Assembly: GCA_964014485.1 (NCBI GenBank)
Contig: CAXHAT010000176.1
Span: 1 to 16,424, forward strand
Length of the DNA: 16,424 bases
Reading direction: 5' to 3'
Origin: an uncultured Deferribacteres bacterium
Lineage (GTDB): Bacteria > Zhuqueibacterota > Zhuqueibacteria > Zhuqueibacterales > Geothermadaptataceae
Part shown: one piece after another, positions 1 to 7,687 of the stretch
How positions within the stretch are numbered: position 1 is the stretch's first letter
Layout of the letters: every line of letters begins with the position of its first letter
The notes under the pieces: generated by a model
Told to the model about the DNA's origin: nothing
Database searches by the model: none
The model's input: the letters and a program-made list of their open reading frames with translations, nothing else
Position numbers and translations under genes: made by a program

Positions 1-8
1 CAGCCCCT

Positions 9-33
9 GGATTCCCGCCTGCGCGGGAATGAC
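9..33. repeat. REP/dRS3-like palindromic repeat unit GGATTCCCGCCTGCGCGGGAATGAC
   Basis: Sequence shows an ATTCCCGC-N4-GCGGGAAT hairpin. It matches the widespread GTCATTCCCGCGNAGGCGGGAATCC repeat type. A partial inverted copy lies at 16380-16394. Confidence 0.75.
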
Positions 34-65
34 TTTAACGAGAGTTTCTACGGCGTCACGGCTAT

Positions 66-93
66 CGCATAACATCAGATCTGATGTTATGCG
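66..93. repeat. Perfect 28-bp palindrome CGCATAACATCAGATCTGATGTTATGCG
   Basis: Read directly from the sequence. It sits in a looser inverted repeat spanning about 48-110. Confidence 0.8.
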
Positions 94-349
94 CCAGCCT
101 GATAGCGTAGCGGCTAAATGAAAACAGTGCTTTTAGGTCATAAAAACAACAGCGGCCGGAGTTTGTTCTAACACATTCCGAAGTTTCGGGTTCCGCCGGT
201 TCAAGCCGGGCGTGGCGACTCGTTTTGATCATGCCCAATCATTGTGTGTAAAAAATTCACTGTCGTCTCTTTACTGCGGAAATATATAATCGGCGACGAT
301 TGATGCAAGCGATTTAAAAACAAAGGTTTAAGCTCTGGGATTCTGCTCT

Positions 350-365
350 TGGCATGTCGCTTGCT
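350..365 (+). promoter_or_regulatory. Putative sigma54 (RpoN) -24/-12 promoter
   Basis: TGGCATGTCGCTTGCT fits TGGCACG-N4-TTGCW with exact GG-N10-GC spacing. It lies about 50 nt upstream of ATG 415. Confidence 0.65.
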
Positions 366-414
366 AAATTACGGATAAATCACGTTGGTTCATTTTCCAA
401 GAAGGAATGTTCGA

Positions 415-873
415 ATGAAAAAGAAGATATGTTTACTTTTATTCGTCGCGACATGTTTGTTGGGTGTCGGCTCATACAATTCAGCGCAGGCGCAGACAAA
501 GCTTGGCGTACGCGGCGGGATTTATTTTGAGCAGGACGAAGTTTTCGCGGGCGCGCACTTTTTACACAAAATCAGCCGCAGAATCATGTTTAATCCCAAC
601 TTCGAATACGTTTTTGTCGATCCGGGAAATTTGTTTACTTTGAATATTGACGCGCATTATGATCTGCCGTCAACTTCGAACACGATTTTTCACGTCGGCG
701 GCGGGCTTGGGATAAGCCGCGCTTCTTTTAACGGCAACAGCAACACGGAAACCGCTCCAAATCTCTTGGCTGGAATGAGCTTCGGCCGGCGCGGAACCAT
801 TCCATTTATTCAGCTCAAAGTGATGTTTTTTGACGAAACGCAACTGGCGTTGGCCGCCGGATTGACGTTCTAA
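415..873 (+). CDS. Small outer-membrane beta-barrel protein (OmpA/OmpW-like transmembrane barrel)
   Basis: ATG 415 follows GAAGGA; the ORF track starts at 385. It has a signal peptide MKKKICLLL...AQA, amphipathic Gly/aromatic beta-strands and a C-terminal Phe (GLTF). Confidence 0.75.
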   Translation: MKKKICLLLFVATCLLGVGSYNSAQAQTKLGVRGGIYFEQDEVFAGAHFLHKISRRIMFNPNFEYVFVDPGNLFTLNIDAHYDLPSTSNTIFHVGGGLGISRASFNGNSNTETAPNLLAGMSFGRRGTIPFIQLKVMFFDETQLALAAGLTF

Positions 874-883
874 CTGCCGCGAC

Positions 884-919
884 GGCGTCGGGTGAAGATT
901 TCGTTCGACGCTACCTTTT
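884..919 (+). terminator. Putative intrinsic terminator
   Basis: GGCGTCGGGTGAA/TTCGTTCGACGCT stem (with G-U pairs) followed by ACCTTTT, just after stop 873. Confidence 0.5.
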
Positions 920-1094
920 ACGCTTTTTATCTCGCCCGCATCTTTAAATAAAATCCCCTCAAAATTTGACTATTAAAAAAACTCAATCGTCTGTCCGGAC
1001 TGCGTTTCTTCCAAAACGTTTGGATTCAAGCTGGATTCGTCATTTCTTGTCATTTGAAGATTGCAAGACAAACTGAACTAATGTGAGCGATTGA

Positions 1095-1562
1095 ATGAAG
1101 AAGAAAATCAACGTGGAAAAAAGGGTGCATGATTTGGAGAAAAAAATGCGCCTGCAAAACTTTGCCCTTCTGCTTTTTGCGGCAATTTTTGTTGGGGCCT
1201 GGTTTCAGGAGCATGCCGCGCCTGAAGTTTTAAAAGCGCGCCGTTTTGTTCTGGTCGATGGAAAAGGATTGGCGCGCGCAGAGATTAAAATCGACGATGG
1301 CTGCGCGGGATTTTATGTTTTGGATGCAGCACAAAAAACGCGCGTTTCGCTGACGCATGATTCGAGTCAAACGGCGCTTTTTCTTTGGGACGGCGCCGGG
1401 CATGTGCGCGTAGGCGCAGCCCAATTTGCGCACGGCGGCGGCGGTTTTACCCTGCACGGGCCGGAATCGAAAGGCGCGGCCGCGCTTTATTTGAAAGGGA
1501 AGGGCAGTTTATCTTTTTATGACGCGGAAGGCCACCGAACGCATCGCGTGCCTGAAAAATAG
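1095..1562 (+). CDS. Hypothetical membrane-anchored protein with beta-rich repeats
   Basis: 155 aa: short N-terminal coiled coil, one hydrophobic segment, then repeated hydrophobic-D-x-x-G-x-x-R beta-hairpin-like units. Ends just before a strong hairpin. Confidence 0.7.
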   Translation: MKKKINVEKRVHDLEKKMRLQNFALLLFAAIFVGAWFQEHAAPEVLKARRFVLVDGKGLARAEIKIDDGCAGFYVLDAAQKTRVSLTHDSSQTALFLWDGAGHVRVGAAQFAHGGGGFTLHGPESKGAAALYLKGKGSLSFYDAEGHRTHRVPEK

Positions 1563-1566
1563 CGAT

Positions 1567-1604
1567 TTTCATTCACCCCGTACTTCGGCACGGGGTGAAT
1601 GAGA
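1567..1604. terminator. Hairpin between convergent genes, probable bidirectional terminator
   Basis: TTTCATTCACCCCGT / ACGGGGTGAATGAGA stem capped by a C(UUCG)G tetraloop. Confidence 0.65.
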
Positions 1605-1654
1605 TAGAATTTGCTTTAATTTTCAAAATTCATGTGCGGGACACCGGGTAAGAG

Positions 1655-2368
1655 TTACGATTCTGGGTTTTTGATATTGACGGGCAAAGCATTGCGGAGC
1701 GTGACGGCTTCCGGTGAGACGGCGCAATCATAAGCGATGACTTCAACGCCTTGCGATGCTGCGGTAGCAAGCGTTTTGGCGTACTCAGGGTCGATTTCCC
1801 AAGCCGGTTCAAATGATCGAACGTCTTCGCGTTGAACGACAAACAGCATGGCCGCGCGATCACCATTTTTCACCACGCGCATCAATTCTTCGAGGTGCTT
1901 CAAGCCTCGTTTCGTGACCGCATCGGGAAATTGTGCATGAGAATTTTCAGCCAAAGTCACGCTTTTGACCTCGACGTACGTCACGCTACGGTCTTGCATT
2001 TCAAGCAAAAAATCTGCGCGGCTGTTTTCTCCGTACTTGACTTCCCGTCTCAGATTGCGGCAATTTTTGAGTTCGCGAATGTAGCCTTCTCGAATTGCTT
2101 CTTCGGCAATTTTGTTGGCCAAAGCCGGATGCACGCCAACCCAGGAATCCGCGGCTTTAACCAATTCCCAGGTAAACTTGAGTTTTCTCTTTGGGTTTTG
2201 CGACTCGGAAAGAAACGCCTGGGCGTTTTCTTCTAACAATCCTATCATGCTCCCCGGGTTTGCACAATGCGCCGTGACAACTTCGCTGGAATCAAGCCGG
2301 ACGTCCGCTAAAAAACGCTTGTAGCGTTTCAACAGCCTGCCATGAATCAGCTTCGTTTTGTACTTCAC
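1655..2368 (-). CDS. sfsA: DNA/RNA nuclease SfsA (sugar fermentation stimulation protein A)
   Basis: Motifs KRYKRFLADV, HCANPGSM, SRADFLL, YVEVKSVT, FPDAVTKRGLKHLEEL. The likely GTG start at 2368 overlaps the ybeY stop (GTGA overlap). Confidence 0.95.
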   Translation of the reverse strand: MKYKTKLIHGRLLKRYKRFLADVRLDSSEVVTAHCANPGSMIGLLEENAQAFLSESQNPKRKLKFTWELVKAADSWVGVHPALANKIAEEAIREGYIRELKNCRNLRREVKYGENSRADFLLEMQDRSVTYVEVKSVTLAENSHAQFPDAVTKRGLKHLEELMRVVKNGDRAAMLFVVQREDVRSFEPAWEIDPEYAKTLATAASQGVEVIAYDCAVSPEAVTLRNALPVNIKNPES

Positions 2369-2793
2369 TTGCCGATTGCTCCAAACCACTGCAAAAATGA
2401 ATCTTCGAGCGTTCGCATCTCCGCTTTTTGAGCAAGCGTTGCATCTTCAAAGCCAAGCAAATGAAGCATGCCGTGGATCACAAGGCGGGCCAATTCTTCC
2501 TCGAGGGTGCAATGATATTTTTCGGCGTTTTCCTGTGCAATTTCAGGGCAGATGTAAACGTCGCCCAGGATTTTTTTGTCGGGAGATTCCCCCAAATTGA
2601 AAGAGATGACGTCTGTCGGCGCCAATTTTTTGAACCAGGACTTGTTCAACGCGACGATTTCTTCCTTCGAGACGAAGTTCATCGAGACGTCGCATTTTTC
2701 TTTCTGGTAAGCATTCCAGACGTGTTGAGCGAGCAAACGAAACCCGGCACGCCGTAAATCAGAAAACGGGCTGGAATTAAACGTTCTGACCAT
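2365..2793 (-). CDS. ybeY: rRNA maturation factor/endoribonuclease YbeY
   Basis: Motifs LNKSW...PTDVISF, LGDVYIC, HGMLHLLGFED. Conserved phoH/HD/ybeY context. Likely start ATG 2793. Confidence 0.92.
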   Translation of the reverse strand: MVRTFNSSPFSDLRRAGFRLLAQHVWNAYQKEKCDVSMNFVSKEEIVALNKSWFKKLAPTDVISFNLGESPDKKILGDVYICPEIAQENAEKYHCTLEEELARLVIHGMLHLLGFEDATLAQKAEMRTLEDSFLQWFGAIGK

Positions 2794-5176
2794 TGGCGGG
2801 GACGGTTTCTTTTTGGACGGATTTGGCCGCTGGTTCCGCCGCCGCTTTCTCTTCAATCGAGTAGCCGGTGATTTTGTTTTGATCCGGATATTCGACGCGC
2901 CCGTGAAAAGCGCCGGTGAGAATTTGAATAAAAGCGTTTTGAATTTTCGTCAAATCTTTCAGCGTCAACGGCGAATCGTCGAGTTCTGAGTTTTTAAAAC
3001 GATCATCGATAATGCCGTTCACCAAATTTCTAATGCGCGTGACGGTCGGTTCTTTCAGCGTGCGCGAAGAAGCTTCAACGGAATCCGCCAGCATAACAAT
3101 GCCGGTTTCTTTCGATTGCGGTTTGGGGCCCAGGTAGCGAAAATCAGACTCGTTTATTTTTTTTGTCTCTTTTTGTGATTTTGTTGAAGCCTTTTCATAG
3201 AAATAACTCACAAGGCTCGTGCCGTGATGTTCAGAAATGACGGCCTGGATTTCTCTAGGCAAGCCGTACTCTTTAGCCAGCTCCAATCCGCGTTTCACAT
3301 GGTTCGCAATGATGAGATAACTCATTCGCGGCGATAGCTTTTCGTGCGGATTTTCGCGTCCCTGCTGGTTCTCGACGAAATATTCCGGCTTGTCCATTTT
3401 GCCAATATCGTGATAATACGCTCCAACTCTGGCCAGAAGCGAGTTGGCGCCAATCGCTTCCGCCGCCGCTTCAGAAAGTGATCCGACCAGAATGCTGTGG
3501 TGGTAGGTTCCCGGGGCGCGTAACGCCAATTCTCGCAAAAGCGGTTTATTCAAGTCCGACAGTTCGAGCAGTGTTGCGTCGGTGGTCATGTCGAAAACGT
3601 ATTCGTAAATCACCATAAAACCGTAGATAAAAATCGGGCTGAGAAAACCGTTGACGACGCCATAAAGAAGGCTCCTGCCAAGCTCTTCCGCGCTGGAATA
3701 TCGAAGCAACTCCAGCGCTATGATCGACACGACGAATCCTGCCGTAATCCAGACGATTGACTTAAATAGCCAGGAGCGCGAGCGAACGAGCCGAACGGAA
3801 AGAACACTCGTTGAGCCGACGATGAACGTCATGAAAGCGATCGAAAATTCATTACCGCGCAACCCGCCGAGCAAGAGCGCAAGCGTAACCGTTCCCATAA
3901 AACCGACCTCGGCGCCTAGGAAAATGGTCAGCAGGGCGGGGCAGATGGCAATAGGCAGCAGGTAAATCGGCAGAGAAAAACTATTCATGAAATGAGATAG
4001 AACCAGGACGAGCAGCAGAGAAACGGCCACCATCAAAACCTGACGTGCGTTATCAAAAACACGGCGTTTGACCAGAAAGAGATAGACTGCCAAAATCGTC
4101 AGGCTGAGCAGCGCGATGGTCAATCTACCGCTTAAAGGCAACAGAAAATTTAAGCCCCCGGTGCTTTCGTCACGCTCGGCGATGGCTCTTGCATAAGAAT
4201 TGAGTTTGAGGACATGATCCGCCGTGACGCGCACATTGCTGTCGATGATTTTTTCTTTTTCCAGCACGGTGCCGCGCGCCCGAGGAACGCCCGCCTCCGC
4301 TTCGGCGATTCTGTTTTCGGTCTCTTCATTTTGATAAATGAGATTCGGGCGGATTAGCGCGCTCAAGATTGCAAAAGAAGGCTTGACGACGACATTCGCG
4401 CTGTCTTCTGAAAATTTGATTCTCAGTTTTTCCAGAATTCTATCGTTGATCGTCGTTAAGTTTGAAAAAAGCGCTTTTTCTTCAAGAAATTCGGTTTTCC
4501 CGTCGTCAATGGCGATCTTTGCCGAGGCGTTAGGGAAGGCCTTGTCTTCAATATTTAGCAAACCGATGGCATAGATATCGCGAGAAATTTCCAGCAGGCG
4601 TTCACGAACATCTGAGAAGCGAAATTTGTCGACTGATTGCTCTTGTTGTCTTTTGGACTTGCGCTTTTCGTTTTCGGGTTCGTTCAAAATAACTTCCTGG
4701 GCGAAAAACGAAACAACGTCATTTTTGTCGACGACCTTCAGGAAATCGAGCAGTGCGTTGAGCTCGCGGTTTTTGGCGCTGTCGGGCCATTCGGCGCGCA
4801 AAATTGTATGCATTGAATCCAGCGCCGCTTCAATTCTGCTCAAATAAATCGTTTCTGCGCTGTCGTTTCTGACAAAAACCGGCGCAACCGCCGCTTTTGC
4901 TTCCAGAACTTCTTTGGCGTAGACGTCTTCCGGCTTGTTAATCGAAAAAGTGAATTGCGCAACGATTTGATCGCCGACGTAGATTTCGCCCTCTTTTAAA
5001 TCAGCGAACTGGTATGACTTCCCGCTGGGAAAAAGCATAACGATAGCGATGAGCAAAAGCGAAGCGATAAGAATCTGTTTGGAATAAGCCTGTAGCGTAT
5101 CCGCTTTTTTCTTGCGATCTGACTTTAGCGCATCGCGAAATTTTGAAATAGAAGTGTTTGTCTGCGTTTTGGCCAT
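2777..5176 (-). CDS. 7TM-HD family membrane phosphohydrolase (7TMR-HDED + 7TM + HD; PgpH/YqfF-like)
   Basis: N-terminal TM, large extracytoplasmic domain and multi-TM block. Motifs LLELSDLNKPLL, APGTYHHS, YYHDIGK, EHHGT, MLADSVEA. Confidence 0.93.
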   Translation of the reverse strand: MAKTQTNTSISKFRDALKSDRKKKADTLQAYSKQILIASLLLIAIVMLFPSGKSYQFADLKEGEIYVGDQIVAQFTFSINKPEDVYAKEVLEAKAAVAPVFVRNDSAETIYLSRIEAALDSMHTILRAEWPDSAKNRELNALLDFLKVVDKNDVVSFFAQEVILNEPENEKRKSKRQQEQSVDKFRFSDVRERLLEISRDIYAIGLLNIEDKAFPNASAKIAIDDGKTEFLEEKALFSNLTTINDRILEKLRIKFSEDSANVVVKPSFAILSALIRPNLIYQNEETENRIAEAEAGVPRARGTVLEKEKIIDSNVRVTADHVLKLNSYARAIAERDESTGGLNFLLPLSGRLTIALLSLTILAVYLFLVKRRVFDNARQVLMVAVSLLLVLVLSHFMNSFSLPIYLLPIAICPALLTIFLGAEVGFMGTVTLALLLGGLRGNEFSIAFMTFIVGSTSVLSVRLVRSRSWLFKSIVWITAGFVVSIIALELLRYSSAEELGRSLLYGVVNGFLSPIFIYGFMVIYEYVFDMTTDATLLELSDLNKPLLRELALRAPGTYHHSILVGSLSEAAAEAIGANSLLARVGAYYHDIGKMDKPEYFVENQQGRENPHEKLSPRMSYLIIANHVKRGLELAKEYGLPREIQAVISEHHGTSLVSYFYEKASTKSQKETKKINESDFRYLGPKPQSKETGIVMLADSVEASSRTLKEPTVTRIRNLVNGIIDDRFKNSELDDSPLTLKDLTKIQNAFIQILTGAFHGRVEYPDQNKITGYSIEEKAAAEPAAKSVQKETVPANGQNV

Positions 5177-5191
5177 TTTTGAAAACGCCCT

Positions 5192-6169
5192 TTAGGTTGC
5201 TTCGTCGAAGGCGCTGTACGCTTTGATGATTTCGCGTACAAGACGATGCCGAACGACGTCATTTTCGTTTAGCTGCACAAAAGCGATCCCTGGAATGTCC
5301 GCCAAAACCGTTCTAACCTGAATCAGCCCTGATTCAGCCCCGTTCGCCAAATCTATCTGTGTGATATCGCCGGTGACAATGGCTTTCGAACTCATGCCCA
5401 GCCGGGTCAAAAACATTTTCATTTGCTTGGGCGTTGTGTTTTGCGCCTCGTCTAAAATTACAAAAGCGTTGTTGATCGTGCGCCCCCGCATATAAGCCAA
5501 CGGAACAACCTCGACGATTTTTGTTTCGAGGTACTTGTTCATTTTGTCAGCCTGGAGGATGTCCGAGAGAGCGTCATACAGAGGTCGGAGGTAGGGATCG
5601 ACTTTTTCCAGAAGATCGCCAGGAAGATAGCCGAGGCTTTCGCCGGCTTCAACGGCGGGGCGCGTTAGAACTATGCGCGAAACTTGTTTGTCCCGCAAAT
5701 GCGCCATTGCCATGGCTACGGCGAGGTAAGTTTTGCCTGTTCCGGCCGGGCCGATGGCGAATGTCAGATCGTTATTGGCGACGGTTTTGACATAATCCGC
5801 CTGAGCTTCCGTTCGCGGCCGGATTGCCGAATCTTTGGTGTAAATCACCGGCGGCCATTTCCCGTTTTCCGATTGATGGAAGCCTTCGAGTCCGTTAGAA
5901 TTTCGGCAGACGACGCCGATTATAGCGTTGACGTCGCTTTCGCTAATTTGGTTGTTTCTTTCTGAGAGGATGATCAACTCAGAAAAGATTTTTTCTCCTT
6001 TTTGAACCGAATCTGGCGCGCCCTTTAAGATAATTTCGGAACCTCGCACAGTGATTTTTGAGTCCAAAGCGGCTGAGATTTTTTTAAGGTGCCGATCATT
6101 CTGACCCAAAAGCATGGTTTGGTCGATTCCACTGACGTCTAATCGCTGTACGACTTGTTTGTCCTGCAA
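5192..6169 (-). CDS. phoH: PhoH family ATPase (PhoH-like/YbeZ)
   Basis: Walker A GPAGTGKT, RPAVEAGESLGYLPGD, PLAYMRGRT, ILDEAQN, GDITQIDL. TTG start with AAGGAG RBS. Confidence 0.95.
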   Translation of the reverse strand: MQDKQVVQRLDVSGIDQTMLLGQNDRHLKKISAALDSKITVRGSEIILKGAPDSVQKGEKIFSELIILSERNNQISESDVNAIIGVVCRNSNGLEGFHQSENGKWPPVIYTKDSAIRPRTEAQADYVKTVANNDLTFAIGPAGTGKTYLAVAMAMAHLRDKQVSRIVLTRPAVEAGESLGYLPGDLLEKVDPYLRPLYDALSDILQADKMNKYLETKIVEVVPLAYMRGRTINNAFVILDEAQNTTPKQMKMFLTRLGMSSKAIVTGDITQIDLANGAESGLIQVRTVLADIPGIAFVQLNENDVVRHRLVREIIKAYSAFDEAT

Positions 6170-6291
6170 GTATTTTTGTCTCCTTAAATTACAAAAAGCC
6201 CAACGCGAAAGACCGACGGTCTGTTACATTGAGCTTTCGATTTTACCAACCCGAGAATGAGTTCAAAAAAATCACCCATAAGGTTTCCTAC

Positions 6292-6332
6292 AAAAAAAAC
6301 AGGCTATAAGCCGTGAACTGACTTATAGCCTG
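6292..6332 (-). terminator. Intrinsic terminator downstream of the LysM gene
   Basis: Perfect 11-bp stem CAGGCTATAAG/CTTATAGCCTG followed by T8 on the minus strand. Confidence 0.85.
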
Positions 6333-6358
6333 AAAAATTCATCTATTGCAGTTCGGAG

Positions 6359-7219
6359 CTAACGAGGAATTCTCAAGACTTGGTACGGGTAGATGATGCT
6401 CGCATCAACTTCGCCGCCGTCTTGATTGTAGAAGCTTGCCTTATTTTCCTCGTAGAGCCTTGTCCACTGAGTCGGATCTCCGTAAACATCGGCCTTTCCG
6501 GCAATTTTGTGGAGAAAATCGCCTTGTTCTACAAGATACTCATTCGGCCCGACGCCTCTCTGAATCTTGAAAACCTGATCCGGGAAGATCATATCCGGAT
6601 CTTCAATTTGGTCTGCATTCACAGAGTAGATGCGGATCCACTGGAACGGGTCGCCGTAAATGTCGTCTTTCTTCGAAATCTTCCACAAGTAATCGCCGCT
6701 CATGACTGTGTAGTCGTCATACATAGACTTCGGCATGCGATCACGCAGTTGGGTGATTTTTCCTTCGATTGACGCGACTCTGTTCTGCATTTCGGTCAAG
6801 GCATAAATACGGCTTTCTTTGAGCGTATTTAATCTGCTCTCAATATCATCCAACTCGGCGCGGCGCTTATAAAGTTCCTCCGGAGAAAGCGCAGCAAGCC
6901 CGTCGAGTTCGCGTTCTAGAGCAGCGAGTTGTTGGCGATATGCTTCAACGCCGGCTTCGTCCGTGCCGATCAAAGCATAGATGTCCTGCCATGTCTTTTT
7001 TGTTTGGGCGTCAGCGTCGGTAATTTGTGTCTGAAGGCCTGACTTTTCCGTTTCGCAATTCGCCAAATCGGCTTCTGCTTTTGCTAATCTGTCTTTTGCC
7101 GCCTGCAAATCGGCTTCATACTGCTTCATCGTCATTTTTTGTGCAAACGCCGTTGTTGCAGAGGTGAATAAACCCAAGCCAAGCGTGGCAATCAGGCAGC
7201 CTTTCACCATTGATCTCAT
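6359..7219 (-). CDS. Exported coiled-coil protein with two C-terminal LysM peptidoglycan-binding domains
   Basis: Signal peptide (AFA) and long heptad region. LysM units YTVMSGDYLWKIS...IYSVN...PDMIFPDQ and YLVEQGDFLHKIA...IIYPYQVL. GAGGAG RBS. Confidence 0.9.
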   Translation of the reverse strand: MRSMVKGCLIATLGLGLFTSATTAFAQKMTMKQYEADLQAAKDRLAKAEADLANCETEKSGLQTQITDADAQTKKTWQDIYALIGTDEAGVEAYRQQLAALERELDGLAALSPEELYKRRAELDDIESRLNTLKESRIYALTEMQNRVASIEGKITQLRDRMPKSMYDDYTVMSGDYLWKISKKDDIYGDPFQWIRIYSVNADQIEDPDMIFPDQVFKIQRGVGPNEYLVEQGDFLHKIAGKADVYGDPTQWTRLYEENKASFYNQDGGEVDASIIYPYQVLRIPR

Positions 7220-7256
7220 TTCATACTCCTCGCAAGTTTAAAACTAAAAACTACCC

Positions 7257-7526
7257 TTATTCACCCAGTCGTCTCTTGACAGCTTCGAATTCGTCTTGTG
7301 CAGCTTTGAGTTCACGTTGTTTTGCAGCGAGTTGCGATTCAAGGCTAGACTTTTCGGATTGGCAATCACTGAGCTTTTGCTCGGCGGCCGCTGCTGCGGC
7401 TTTTGTCTCTTCCAATTGGCGTAACTGTTGTTCGTTAGGTCCGCTGCTGCAACCCATTGAAATGAGCAGAGCGGCTGCGCCAATCGAAAGCACCCATTTG
7501 GAAAATGATTTGGGCGTTCTGGACAT
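7257..7526 (-). CDS. Small coiled-coil lipoprotein (89 aa)
   Basis: ATG 7526 follows GGAGGT. Signal peptide ends ISMG-C, followed by SSGP and an Ala/Glu/Lys-rich coiled coil. Confidence 0.8.
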   Translation of the reverse strand: MSRTPKSFSKWVLSIGAAALLISMGCSSGPNEQQLRQLEETKAAAAAAEQKLSDCQSEKSSLESQLAAKQRELKAAQDEFEAVKRRLGE

Positions 7527-7687
7527 CGAGAGCACCTCCTTCCTTTTGGAAAACTTTTGTTTTACAGTGGTTTTTCTCAAGAATTTACGTTGAAAAAAAA
7601 ACAACGCAGAGTCTTGTTTTTTAATAACTAATGACAAAAGTGCGCTAAGTATAGCGATTAATTCAGTTTTTGTCAAGCAAAAAGGAT

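Noticed and set aside
2794..2856. Basic N-terminal extension of YbeY
   Set aside because: It lies deep inside the upstream HD gene and is an alternative-frame artefact.
7527..7676. N-terminal extension of the lipoprotein ORF to 7676
   Set aside because: AT-rich promoter-like sequence. The RBS and signal peptide support ATG 7526.
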